NCBI GenBank assembly: GCA_963631395.1
Contig: CAVGQN010000005.1
Span: 8,446-72,445, forward strand
Origin: a bacterium
GTDB lineage: Bacteria; Bacteroidota; Bacteroidia; Bacteroidales; UBA3663
Direction: 5' to 3'
DNA length: 64,000 bases
Within the stretch, counting starts at the first letter, position 1. Every line of letters begins with the position of its first letter. Shown in pieces: positions 16,386-25,200 of this stretch. Under the pieces are notes generated by a model, which searched no databases, was not told where the DNA came from, and saw only the letters and a program-made list of their open reading frames with translations. The translations under genes were made by a program, and so were the position numbers.

Positions 16386-17669
16386 TTACTGTTGTTCTTC
16401 TTTCTCTTTTTCTTCTTCACTTTCACTTTCCTTTTGCTTTCCCGACTCTTTCTCCTTCAGGATGCTGTGGCTTAGGCCGAAGAGTATGCCGAACTCGGCC
16501 GAGGTAGCCACAATCGACATGCCGCCGCGGCTGATGAGGGGCAACGGCTGGCCGGTGACGAACATAGCGTCAGCACAGACACCCATGTGAATCAGGGCCT
16601 GGACGACCATCATCAGCGGGAAGCCTATCATCAGCAGCCGCTTGCGGGGGTCTTCGGTCTTAATCGAAATCCTGTAGCATCGCCAAAGCAAGATGAAATA
16701 GAGCAGCATGACGATGACGGCGCCCTCGACGCCCGTCTCCTCGAAGATGATGGCGTAGATGTAGTCGGAAAAGGCTTCCGGCAGAAGGTCTCTCATTTGG
16801 CTCTCGCCGAAGAAACGTCCGTATCCGTTGCTGTTGGCAATGGCCATGTGGGCGTACATCTCCTGTGCGTTGTCGTCGTTGATGTCCTGTCGCCAAAGCG
16901 GCACATCACTGCCGTCGAAGAGGCGCTGTTCCCACGTGTTGGCACGGTCGAGAAACCCGATTTCGGTGTAATGCGAACCTCCGGCGGTCTCGTTGCTCGA
17001 GTTGACGGTATGGAGCAGGAAAAGCAGAGAGACACCGATGACGCCCAAGACGCCCAGTACGAACAGAGTGCGCCACAGGTAAGCCCATTTGACCTTGCCG
17101 AGAAACAGGATAAAGACAGATGTAATGCCCATTATCAGGGCGGTCGAAAGGTTCTGCGGGACGATAGGGCCTATGGCCAAAGCCATGAGCAACAGCATGA
17201 GGCCGTAGATGCGCAGTTCCGTGTTCTTCTGGAAGTACTTCAGCCGTGTGTAGGTCTCCCTCTTCGCCGTAAGCCCCGCACACAACACAGCCACCAGGCC
17301 AGCCTTGCAGAACTCCACGGGCTGGAAGCCGAAGATCTCGCGGGTGGCGCCTTTCATGCTGTGGCCGAATACGGGCATAAGCAGCATCAGAGCGACGCCG
17401 AACACATACGCCAAACCGCCGAGCAGGACGACATACGAAGTTTTGGCGCTCGCCAGCGACTGCAGGGGCAGTACCAAACAGAAGAATCCTGCCACCAGGA
17501 AAGTGGTGTGGCGTACCAGCGGATTGTCGTTGGTAATCTGCTTGTAGGCCAAAGTGCTCGAGGCACTGGCGATTTCGACCACGGAGATGAAGAGCAGTAT
17601 GAAGTAAATGCCCCATATCCAGTGGTCGCCGCCCATCAGCGAGCTTAGGTAGCTTTTCTTGTTGTCCAA
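16386..17669 (-). CDS. ftsW: SEDS-family peptidoglycan glycosyltransferase FtsW
   Basis: 427 aa, polytopic, with the SEDS motif GQPLPLISRGGMS. It has an acidic low-complexity C-terminal tail (KQKESESEEEKEKEEQQ). Confidence 0.9.
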   Translation of the reverse strand: MDNKKSYLSSLMGGDHWIWGIYFILLFISVVEIASASSTLAYKQITNDNPLVRHTTFLVAGFFCLVLPLQSLASAKTSYVVLLGGLAYVFGVALMLLMPVFGHSMKGATREIFGFQPVEFCKAGLVAVLCAGLTAKRETYTRLKYFQKNTELRIYGLMLLLMALAIGPIVPQNLSTALIMGITSVFILFLGKVKWAYLWRTLFVLGVLGVIGVSLLFLLHTVNSSNETAGGSHYTEIGFLDRANTWEQRLFDGSDVPLWRQDINDDNAQEMYAHMAIANSNGYGRFFGESQMRDLLPEAFSDYIYAIIFEETGVEGAVIVMLLYFILLWRCYRISIKTEDPRKRLLMIGFPLMMVVQALIHMGVCADAMFVTGQPLPLISRGGMSIVATSAEFGILFGLSHSILKEKESGKQKESESEEEKEKEEQQ

Positions 17670-17692
17670 TTTGCGTATGGTGTTTTAGTTCG

Positions 17693-19066
17693 TTACTTGC
17701 CTGCCGCTTCCCATTCGGCCACGATGGCCTTCATCTGGTCGCCGCGGTCTTCGTAGCTCTTGAAGAGGTCGAACGAAGCGCAGCAAGGGGAGAGGAGGAC
17801 GGTGTCGCCGGGACGGGCGAATGCGCGGCACTTGTCGAGGGCTTCGCGCATGGACAGAGCATCGGCGACGGGTTTGCCCATCTTGTCGAAGAAGTCGTGC
17901 AGCTTCTCGTTGTGCAGACCCATATAGACGAGTGCCGTGCAGCGGGTGCGGACCAGTTCCTCGATTTCGGTGTAGTCGTTGCCTTTGTCCTTGCCGCCCA
18001 GTATCAAGACGGTCGGCGTCGTCATGCTCATCAGGGCGTACCAGCACGAGTTGACGTTGGTGGCCTTCGAGTCGTTGATGTAGGTTACTCCGTCAACGAT
18101 GCCGCACTTCTCGAGCCGGTGTTCCACGCCTTTGAAAGTCTTGAGCGCCTGCCGTATTTGCTCTTCCTTGACCCCTGACAGACCGGCGGCGATGGTAGCT
18201 GCCATGGTGTTGTAGAGGTTGTGGGGACCGGGCAGCGGCAGGTCGGCGAGGTCGATGGCGATGGTCTGGTCAGCCAGGTTGACCACCATCTTGCCGTCCT
18301 TGATGCAGGCACCAGGCGTGAGCGGGCCGCCGAGTTCCTGTGCGTCCTTGCCGCTGAAGGGAATCATCTGCATCTGGAGCGGGCTGCGCTTCTCAATTTC
18401 TTTGGTCACGACGGGGTCTTCGTGCCAGTAAATAAAGTGTTCCTTAGGCCCCTGATTCTGCAGAATGCGCATCTTGGCATCGATGTAGTTCTGCATCTCG
18501 AAACCATAACGGTCGAGGTGGTCGGGCGTGATGTTCATGATGACTGAGATGTCGGCCTTGAACTTGTACATATTGTCCAACTGGAAGCTCGACAATTCGA
18601 TGACGTAGTAGTCGAAGTGTTCCGTCGCAATCTGGTAGGCCAACGACTTGCCGACATTGCCGGCCAGGCCTACGTTGAGTCCGGCTGACTTGAGTATGTG
18701 GTAAGTCATCATCGTGGTCGTGGTCTTGCCGTTCGAACCCGTGATGCAAATCATCTTGGCGTCAGAGTAGCGTCCGGCAAACTCGATTTCGCTGATAATG
18801 GGCGTGCCCTGAGCGATGAGTTTGGCGACCAAGGGTGCCGTCAGCGGAATGCCCGGCGACTTGATGACCTCGTCGGCATTGAGTATCAGCGACTCGGTGT
18901 GGGCGTGGCCTTCCTCGTAGTCGATGTGCCAGTCGTCAAGCCACTGCTTGTACTTGTCCTTGATGGGCGACATATCGCTGAGGAACACGTCGAAACCTTC
19001 CTTCTTGGCCAGAACGGCAGCACCTGCGCCGCTCTCTCCGCCACCTAAAATAACTATTCTTTTCAT
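17693..19066 (-). CDS. murD: UDP-N-acetylmuramoylalanine--D-glutamate ligase MurD
   Basis: 457 aa with ILGGGESGAGAA and ITGSNGKTTTT. Confidence 0.95.
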   Translation of the reverse strand: MKRIVILGGGESGAGAAVLAKKEGFDVFLSDMSPIKDKYKQWLDDWHIDYEEGHAHTESLILNADEVIKSPGIPLTAPLVAKLIAQGTPIISEIEFAGRYSDAKMICITGSNGKTTTTMMTYHILKSAGLNVGLAGNVGKSLAYQIATEHFDYYVIELSSFQLDNMYKFKADISVIMNITPDHLDRYGFEMQNYIDAKMRILQNQGPKEHFIYWHEDPVVTKEIEKRSPLQMQMIPFSGKDAQELGGPLTPGACIKDGKMVVNLADQTIAIDLADLPLPGPHNLYNTMAATIAAGLSGVKEEQIRQALKTFKGVEHRLEKCGIVDGVTYINDSKATNVNSCWYALMSMTTPTVLILGGKDKGNDYTEIEELVRTRCTALVYMGLHNEKLHDFFDKMGKPVADALSMREALDKCRAFARPGDTVLLSPCCASFDLFKSYEDRGDQMKAIVAEWEAAGK

Positions 19067-19088
19067 ATCAGTATTGCTTTCTTATTTA

Positions 19089-19195
19089 TGTCAAATCAAA
19101 CCTGTTGTCAAATCAAACCTGTTGTCAAAATCAAAACTATTGTCGAAGTCAAATGTCCTATAGTGTCAAAGTCTTGTTTGTCTAAGTCAAACCTC
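19089..19195. repeat. Tandem ~17-bp repeat TGTCAAATCAAACCTGT in the mraY-murD gap (2 perfect and ~4 degenerate copies)
   Basis: Perfect copies are at 19089-19105 and 19106-19122. Degenerate copies start at 19123, 19141, 19164 and 19180. Confidence 0.8.
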
Positions 19196-19205
19196 TCCCG
19201 TGCCG

Positions 19206-20528
19206 TTATCTGATCTTGAGCGTCATGATGGCAAAGGCAGCCATGATGAGCGTCGTGATCCAGAAGCGCATCGTGATGCGGTTCTCGTGCATGCATCCGC
19301 GTATGCGCCGGAAGGGGATGCGCGAGATGTTGATGCCTTGGCTTTCCATCTTTTCGGCCAGTGCAGCAGTGATGCGGAACGAGTCGTGTATTGGCGTGCG
19401 CATGAAGAGGCGCCACTTCTGTCCGCGCTTGTTGCCCATTTTGGCGTACTGTGTCTGAAGCAGCACGGACAAGCTCTCGGCGAGGAAGACGAAGCAGATG
19501 ATGGGGATGAGCAGTTCCTTGTGGATAATCATGGCAATGACGCCGATGACGCCGCCGATGGCCAGCGAACCGGTATCGCCCATGAATATCTGCGCCGGAT
19601 AGGTGTTGAACCATAGGAATCCGACCAAAGCTCCGATAAAGCCTGCGATGAAGACCACCAGTTCCTGTGAGCCCGGTATGAACATGATGTCGAAGTAGTC
19701 GGCCCAAATGGCGTGGCCCGAGAAGTAGGCCAAAGCGCCGAAGGCCAGGAACATCAGCATGGAGTTGCCGGCGCACATGCCGTCGAGGCCGTCGTTGAGG
19801 TTGGATCCGTTGCTCACCGCCATCACGATGAAGGTGGTCATCACCACAAAGAAAGCCCATCCGGCGGCCTGCTGCCATTCGCCGAGGAAGGCGAAGAAGC
19901 CAGCGTAGTCGAGGTTGTGGCTCTTGACGAAGGGCAGGGTGGTGTAAGTCGACTTGATGAGTTCGCCGCCCTCACGGATGACGATGTCCGGACTCAGCCA
20001 AAGCACCAGTCCGACGCTTAGGCCCAGGATGAACTGCCCGAGAAGCTTGTAGGCGGGACGCATGCCGTTCTTGTTGCGCGCGCGGTAGTCCGCATTGCGG
20101 CCGCGGAACTCGCTCAGCCATTGCAGTGCGCGGGGCAGCCGGTCATAGTCCTTGGTGCGTGCCTTCAGCAGGTCGTCGAGGAACCCGAGCGCACCCAGCC
20201 ATACCGTGCTGATAAGCATCATGATCATGTAGATATTGCGCAGACGTCCGAAGAGGAGACTCGGCACGATAGTGGCCACGATGATGATGACGCCGCCCAT
20301 GGTGGGCACGCCGACCTTGCCCGTGTTGAAGGGATCGGTCGCTGCATCGCGTTGCACCTCCACCCGGTTGTGGCGCTTCATGTAGTTGATGAACCAGTTG
20401 CCGAACATCGTCGAGATGATGAGGCTCAGTATCAGCGCGGCTATTGCACGCGTCGACGTGTAGCCCCACATGCCCGCTCCCGGAATGTCGAACGTATCGT
20501 TCAGATATCTAAAGAAGTAATACAGCAT
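19206..20528 (-). CDS. mraY: Phospho-N-acetylmuramoyl-pentapeptide transferase MraY
   Basis: 440 aa, polytopic, with DDLLK, NLNDGLDGM and PAQIFMGDTGSLAIGG motifs. Confidence 0.95.
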   Translation of the reverse strand: MLYYFFRYLNDTFDIPGAGMWGYTSTRAIAALILSLIISTMFGNWFINYMKRHNRVEVQRDAATDPFNTGKVGVPTMGGVIIIVATIVPSLLFGRLRNIYMIMMLISTVWLGALGFLDDLLKARTKDYDRLPRALQWLSEFRGRNADYRARNKNGMRPAYKLLGQFILGLSVGLVLWLSPDIVIREGGELIKSTYTTLPFVKSHNLDYAGFFAFLGEWQQAAGWAFFVVMTTFIVMAVSNGSNLNDGLDGMCAGNSMLMFLAFGALAYFSGHAIWADYFDIMFIPGSQELVVFIAGFIGALVGFLWFNTYPAQIFMGDTGSLAIGGVIGVIAMIIHKELLIPIICFVFLAESLSVLLQTQYAKMGNKRGQKWRLFMRTPIHDSFRITAALAEKMESQGINISRIPFRRIRGCMHENRITMRFWITTLIMAAFAIMTLKIR

Positions 20529-20566
20529 CCTTTATGTTGTTTTCTTGTGCTTGATTCTTTATATCG

Positions 20567-20720
20567 TTTTCTTTCGCTTGCCTTTTGCGGTTTGCCAAGT
20601 TCCTTCTGCCCGGTTTCTCCCGCCCGGCCATTAGCTTTCCCGGCTATCGGCCGAAGCCGGACCTTGCCAGAAAGTCTTTGGCCGAAATTGGCTATCGACA
20701 GAAACTGGCCTTTTGCCGTC
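20567..20720. repeat. Loose ~23-bp periodic T-tract/GCC repeat in the murE-mraY gap
   Basis: T-tract starts at 20567, 20591, 20614 and 20636 are in phase, then decay. The motifs (TTTGCC, TTTCCCGG) resemble the arrays at 24888-25200 and 27785-27880. Confidence 0.45.
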
Positions 20721-22206
20721 AGAGACCCAAAGCCTCGCGCACCACCTCGTGGTCGTCGAAGTGGTGTTTCGTACCCTTCACGTCCTGATAGTCCTCGTGC
20801 CCCTTGCCGGCCACTAGTATCACGTCGTCCTTTTGGGCAAGGGCGATGGCGGTCCGGATGGCTTCGCGGCGGTCGCAGATGGAGATCGTCTTGTCGCGCA
20901 ACTGGGCCGTGTCGAGACCGGCCTGCATGTCCTTGAGAATGTCTTCGGGTTCCTCAAAGCGCGGGTTGTCGGAAGTCAGGATGAGCTTGTCGCTGCGCAG
21001 TCCGGCTTCTTTGGCCATGATGGGTCGCTTACCTTTGTCGCGGTTGCCTCCGCAGCCCACCACGGTGATGATGCGGCCTGCATTGCGGTTGTCGAGAATC
21101 TCGCGGATTGTGTCGAGCACGTTGACCAGAGCGTCGGGCGTATGGGCGTAGTCGATGATGGCCGAGAAGCCCTTCGGCGAACGGATCGACTCGAAGCGGC
21201 CGTTGACGGGCAGCAGTTCCGACATCTTGACGAGCACCTCGTGGTCGTCGGCGCCCAGTTCGCGGGCGGCGCCATAGACGGCTGCGAGGTTCGAGGCGTT
21301 GAACCGACCCACGAAGTGCGTGACCACATGAGTGCCGTTGAGCAGCAGTTCCATGCCCTCGAAGGCCTCTTCCACCACCTTGGCCTGATAGTCGGCGGCC
21401 GTGCGTACGCTGTAGTAGCGCTTGCGTGCACAGGTGTTCTGCAGCATGACCTCGCCGTTGCGGTCGTCCAGGTTGCTGAGGGCAAAAGCCTCCTTCTTCA
21501 GGTTGTCGAAGAACGACTTCTTGGCGCGTAGGTAGTTCTCGACCGTCTTGTGGTAGTCCATATGGTCGCGGGTGAGGTTGGTGAAAATGCCTCCGTCGAA
21601 GTCGAGGCCGCCGATGCGCTTCTGGTCGGCCGAGTGGCTTGACACCTCCATAAAGGCATAGGCGCACCCTTCGTCCACCATCTGGCGGAGCAGGTCGTTG
21701 AGCTCCAGTGGATCGGGCGTGGTGTGCGTGGCTGGCACGGCGCGGTCGATGACGTAGTTGCACACCGTAGAGAGCAGGCCGCACGGATAGCCGAGTTTGG
21801 TGAAGAGCTTGTAGAGGAGCGTTGCGATGGTCGTCTTTCCGTTGGTGCCCGTCACGCCGACCAGCGTGAGCTGTTCGGACGGGTAGCCGTTCCAGGCCGA
21901 GGCGAGGAGGGCGAGGGCCAGGTTGCAGTCGTCCACTATGACAAGCGTCACGGCGCTTTGTCCGTCGATGGCTTTCCCTTCGTCCGTGTCGGCCCATTGC
22001 CTGTCGCATACGATGGCAGTGGCACCCGACTCGATGGCCTTGGCAATGAACGAATGTCCGTCCACGTTGGTTCCTCTCACGGCAACGAACAAGCTGCCGG
22101 CCTTGACCTGACGGCTGTCTTGTTCGATGCTTTCTATCTCGGCGTCGTTCTGCCGGGCTCCGCCCAGTGTGCAGGAGACGCGCTCCAGAAGTGTGCTCAG
22201 TTTCAT
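20719..22206 (-). CDS. murE: UDP-MurNAc-tripeptide synthetase MurE
   Basis: 495 aa with VTGTNGKTT and [10 protein letters not shown] (DNPR motif). Confidence 0.95.
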   Translation of the reverse strand: MKLSTLLERVSCTLGGARQNDAEIESIEQDSRQVKAGSLFVAVRGTNVDGHSFIAKAIESGATAIVCDRQWADTDEGKAIDGQSAVTLVIVDDCNLALALLASAWNGYPSEQLTLVGVTGTNGKTTIATLLYKLFTKLGYPCGLLSTVCNYVIDRAVPATHTTPDPLELNDLLRQMVDEGCAYAFMEVSSHSADQKRIGGLDFDGGIFTNLTRDHMDYHKTVENYLRAKKSFFDNLKKEAFALSNLDDRNGEVMLQNTCARKRYYSVRTAADYQAKVVEEAFEGMELLLNGTHVVTHFVGRFNASNLAAVYGAARELGADDHEVLVKMSELLPVNGRFESIRSPKGFSAIIDYAHTPDALVNVLDTIREILDNRNAGRIITVVGCGGNRDKGKRPIMAKEAGLRSDKLILTSDNPRFEEPEDILKDMQAGLDTAQLRDKTISICDRREAIRTAIALAQKDDVILVAGKGHEDYQDVKGTKHHFDDHEVVREALGL

Positions 22207-22362
22207 ATCTGACTTATGTTTTTATTTTCTAGTTTATGTGTTGTCTTTGTCTTTTTGTCTTTTGCTTCTCTAGCTTCTGCTTCCCTGACCTCGGTTTGTC
22301 TTTCAGACTCGACTCTTCTCAAGCGTTAGCCGTCCAGTCGGGGCTCTTTGCTCGGTCGGGGG

Positions 22363-24522
22363 TTATTTCAAGTCGAGGCTCACGGTGCCGTTGTGGAACG
22401 TTTGCGTCTTGACCGTGCCGAAGCCGTGTATTTCGACGTGCGTGTAGCCGGCCGTCTCGAGCATCAGCAGGGCGTCGCTCGCGCCCATGCCCCTCACGTC
22501 GGGCAGTCCGCCCATACCGGCGTCAGCCAGGTTGGCTTCGCGCTTGACGACGGCGGCGCGAGGTGCCACTGAGTCGGCTGGCAGGTCGTCCAAAGTGCGG
22601 TGGCCGTGCAGGGCGTAGACTCTCTCGGCAAAGCGCCGGAACACCGGACCGGCCATAAAGCCGCCGCCGGGCAGGCCGCCCTTGTAGCCGTTGGTGTTGA
22701 TGACCACAATGCCGCAGTAGGCAGGTTCGTCGGCAGGGAAGTAGCCTGCAAACGAGACGTTGTGGCCGTTGCCCGAATACAGGCCCGTGAGGGGGTTGCG
22801 CCGCTGGGCCGTTCCCGTCTTGCCCGCTATCCTGACCTTGTCGCTCTCGGCCCCGTCGCGGATGAAGATGCCGTTGCGGTTCTTCTCGGTTCGGGCAGTG
22901 CCTTTCGTCACCACGTCTTCGAGCGCTTCGCGCACCTCGCGCAAGGTCTCGTGGCTGCATATCTTCCGGTTGATGACCGTCGTCTCCTGCTTGTACAGTT
23001 CCTCGCCGTCCTTCACTACGCGCTCCACGATGTAGGGGCGAACCAGGCATCCGTCGTTGGCGATGGCGTTGTAGAACTGCAGGATGTAGATGCCGGGAAT
23101 GTCCGTCTCGTAGCCGTAGCTGATCTGGGCCAGCGACATCTTGCGCCAGGCCCGATCGCCCACCCGTCGGTGGCGTGCGCTGAGGGCGTTGGGGAATTCC
23201 TTCTTGAAGGCTTCGATGGGCAGGATGTTTTTGGTTTCCAGTTCCTTGACCTCCTCGTGGCTTAAGGCGTGGTCGTCGAGGAATCCGATTCTGTTCACGG
23301 CATCCAGGTAAGCCTTCGGGTCGTCTTCGTAGGCTGCGGTGGTGAGCTTGGCGATGGCTATGTTGCTCGACTGCTCGATGCCCTGGCGCGCCGTGCAGAC
23401 CCCGACGGGGTGGTCGTCGCGTATGGACTTGCCGTAGTAGTTGAACGTGCCGTAGTGGCCGGGATAGTTTTCGGTGTCGACCTTCGTGTCGGGCTTTATC
23501 TTGCCGTTGTCCAGCAGAATCATGTAGCTGACGGTCTTGAAGGTAGAGCCCGGTGCGCCCAGGTCGCTGAAGAGGTGGTTATAGTCCTCCGAGCAGGTTC
23601 CGTTGCGGTTGTTGCGCAGGTTGGAGATGGCCCGTATCTTGCCCGTCTTGACCTCGACGAAGGCGGCCCAGCCCTCTGCAGCGTTCAGCTTGACGAGCTG
23701 GGTGGCCAGTTCCTGGTCCAGCATTTCCTGCATCTCCATGTCGAGGGTCGTGTAGACGTCGGCGCCGTCGACGGGCTGTTCGATGGTAACGGTCGACATG
23801 CGTCCGTGAATCCTCTGCAGGTAGCCTTTCCCCGGGGTGCCGGCCAGATAGGCGTCAAAGCCCTGTTCGATGCCACCGCGTCCGTGTCCTGCGCGGGCTG
23901 TCGAGTCCTTGCCGTTTTTGGCCCATACCGAACCGATGGTGGCCGAGGCCATTCGGTTCTCCCCGTACGGGCGGTAGCGGTGGGCGCGTTCCTCTTTAAT
24001 CAGACCGTTGCGCAAGGCCGACTTGTTGAAGTAAGGTTGCTTGCGCAGATGCCGGTAGTCGAGATAGGGCATGGCGCGGAAGATCCTGTGGTAGCCCTTG
24101 TGCTGCCTGTAGGCTTCGCGTATCTCTGCGCCGAACTGCTCGGCGCTCTTGACGTTGTACTTGGGGTCGCCGTATGCGTTGGCCAAAGCCAGGCTGCCCT
24201 CTCCGTGTGCCCCGAAGTATTTGGCTATCGTGTCGGCCGGGATGTTGATTTTGCCATTGGCGTCGGGGCGGGTAGTGGAGTTGAAGTCCAGGAAGACGTC
24301 ATACTCCGGCAGGCTGCCAGCCAGCATCTCGCCGTGGTTGGCGAAGATGAATCCCCGGACGGGGTCGATGGGCTTGGCGTCACGCTTCAGTTTTTCCACC
24401 TTGGCGCGGTAGTCGTCGCCGTGCACGACCAGCGTGTGCCACGTCTGTATCCAGATAAACGCGGCATAGAACAGTAGGCAGGCGCCTATGAAGTAGAATC
24501 GCTGTTTGTAACTCAGTTTCAT
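22363..24522 (-). CDS. ftsI: Division-specific class B penicillin-binding protein (FtsI/PBP3-like) with a C-terminal PASTA-like module
   Basis: 719 aa with an N-terminal TM helix and the transpeptidase motifs STFK (PGSTFKTVS), SSN (EQSSNIA) and KTGT (AGKTGTAQ). The last ~60 aa (LPDVRGMGASDALLMLETAGY...VSLDL) resemble a PASTA domain. Confidence 0.9.
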   Translation of the reverse strand: MKLSYKQRFYFIGACLLFYAAFIWIQTWHTLVVHGDDYRAKVEKLKRDAKPIDPVRGFIFANHGEMLAGSLPEYDVFLDFNSTTRPDANGKINIPADTIAKYFGAHGEGSLALANAYGDPKYNVKSAEQFGAEIREAYRQHKGYHRIFRAMPYLDYRHLRKQPYFNKSALRNGLIKEERAHRYRPYGENRMASATIGSVWAKNGKDSTARAGHGRGGIEQGFDAYLAGTPGKGYLQRIHGRMSTVTIEQPVDGADVYTTLDMEMQEMLDQELATQLVKLNAAEGWAAFVEVKTGKIRAISNLRNNRNGTCSEDYNHLFSDLGAPGSTFKTVSYMILLDNGKIKPDTKVDTENYPGHYGTFNYYGKSIRDDHPVGVCTARQGIEQSSNIAIAKLTTAAYEDDPKAYLDAVNRIGFLDDHALSHEEVKELETKNILPIEAFKKEFPNALSARHRRVGDRAWRKMSLAQISYGYETDIPGIYILQFYNAIANDGCLVRPYIVERVVKDGEELYKQETTVINRKICSHETLREVREALEDVVTKGTARTEKNRNGIFIRDGAESDKVRIAGKTGTAQRRNPLTGLYSGNGHNVSFAGYFPADEPAYCGIVVINTNGYKGGLPGGGFMAGPVFRRFAERVYALHGHRTLDDLPADSVAPRAAVVKREANLADAGMGGLPDVRGMGASDALLMLETAGYTHVEIHGFGTVKTQTFHNGTVSLDLK

Positions 24523-24887
24523 TCGACTACAATGGGTGGTTCGTCAGCCAGTATCAACTTGGCCTTGCTGCTTATCTTGCTTCTGACGATTTCGGGTTTG
24601 TTCTTGCTTGTCAGTTCGCCCCAGGTGGCGATGCTTGTGTAGCGCACGTCGGCCAGTTCCTGCTTCAGCGTGCTGATGTCGGCGATGATATCCTCGTAGG
24701 TGTAGCGCATCTGCACGTGGCTGTAGAGGAGGAAGAGCACAAAGATGACCTTGCCCAAGTGCTTCTGGTAGAAAGCCTTGTTGAAGGGCGACGAGCTGCC
24801 GTCCAACCCGTTGTGGGCTGACTTCAGCAAGCCGTCCAGTCCGTTGTGGGTGTTCTTGATCAAAGTGTCAATCTTGTCCTTTTTCAT
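24519..24887 (-). CDS. ftsL: FtsL-like cell division protein (Bacteroidetes type)
   Basis: TM helix (VIFVLFLLYSHV), then a coiled segment (STLKQELADVRYTSIATWGEL). The stop overlaps the ftsI start. I prefer the internal start MKKDKID at 24887, because the extra 24 codons of the track ORF (to 24959) only translate the intergenic repeat array. The N-terminus carries an 11-aa tandem duplication (IKNTHNGLDGL / LKSAHNGLDGS). Confidence 0.55.
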   Translation of the reverse strand: MKKDKIDTLIKNTHNGLDGLLKSAHNGLDGSSSPFNKAFYQKHLGKVIFVLFLLYSHVQMRYTYEDIIADISTLKQELADVRYTSIATWGELTSKNKPEIVRSKISSKAKLILADEPPIVVE

Positions 24888-25200
24888 CTTGTTTTGCTCT
24901 TGTCGTTTTGCAAAGTCTTGTCCTTTTGTTTTGCAAAGTCTTGTCCTTTTGTCTTGCAAAGTTTTCCCCCTATCCGGGAAGCCTCGTTTCTTTGCCCGAG
25001 AAAAGTTTGGTTTTCTTGCTCGCGAAGCTTAGTTTCTTTGCCCGAAAACCTTGGTTTTTCCCTTGGCAAAACGCCGTTGTTTTTTCCTGCTCGAAAAGCC
25101 CCGTTTTTTGACTCCAGTTAGGAAAAATTATTTTCCCAGTTGGGTTTCAAAAAAAATCCAGTTGGGCTGCAAAATTTTCCCAGTTGGGCTGCAAAATCCG
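24888..25200. repeat. Array of ~13 degenerate 22-27-bp tandem units (TTTTCyy...G.AAA...) filling the whole rsmH-ftsL gap
   Basis: T-tract starts at 24906, 24929, 24947, 24962, 24987, 25011, 25033, 25055, 25080, 25104, 25131 and 25175. Perfect internal duplications: TTTTGCAAAGTCTTGTCC (x2) and CCAGTTGGGCTGCAAAAT (x2). Confidence 0.8.

Noticed and set aside
12030-24477. Long plus-strand ORFs across the dcw cluster (12030-12938, 13201-14172, 14179-15255, 16587-17648, 20121-20936, 22600-23265, 23269-24477 and others)
   Set aside because: Each is antisense to a dcw gene with textbook motifs. These are GC-driven open frames, not genes.
24888-24959. N-terminal 24 codons of the track ORF for ftsL (start at 24959)
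   Set aside because: This extension translates the intergenic repeat (KTKGQDFAKRQ), and the same peptide appears in an overlapping spurious ORF. The internal ATG at 24887 gives a normal FtsL-like protein.
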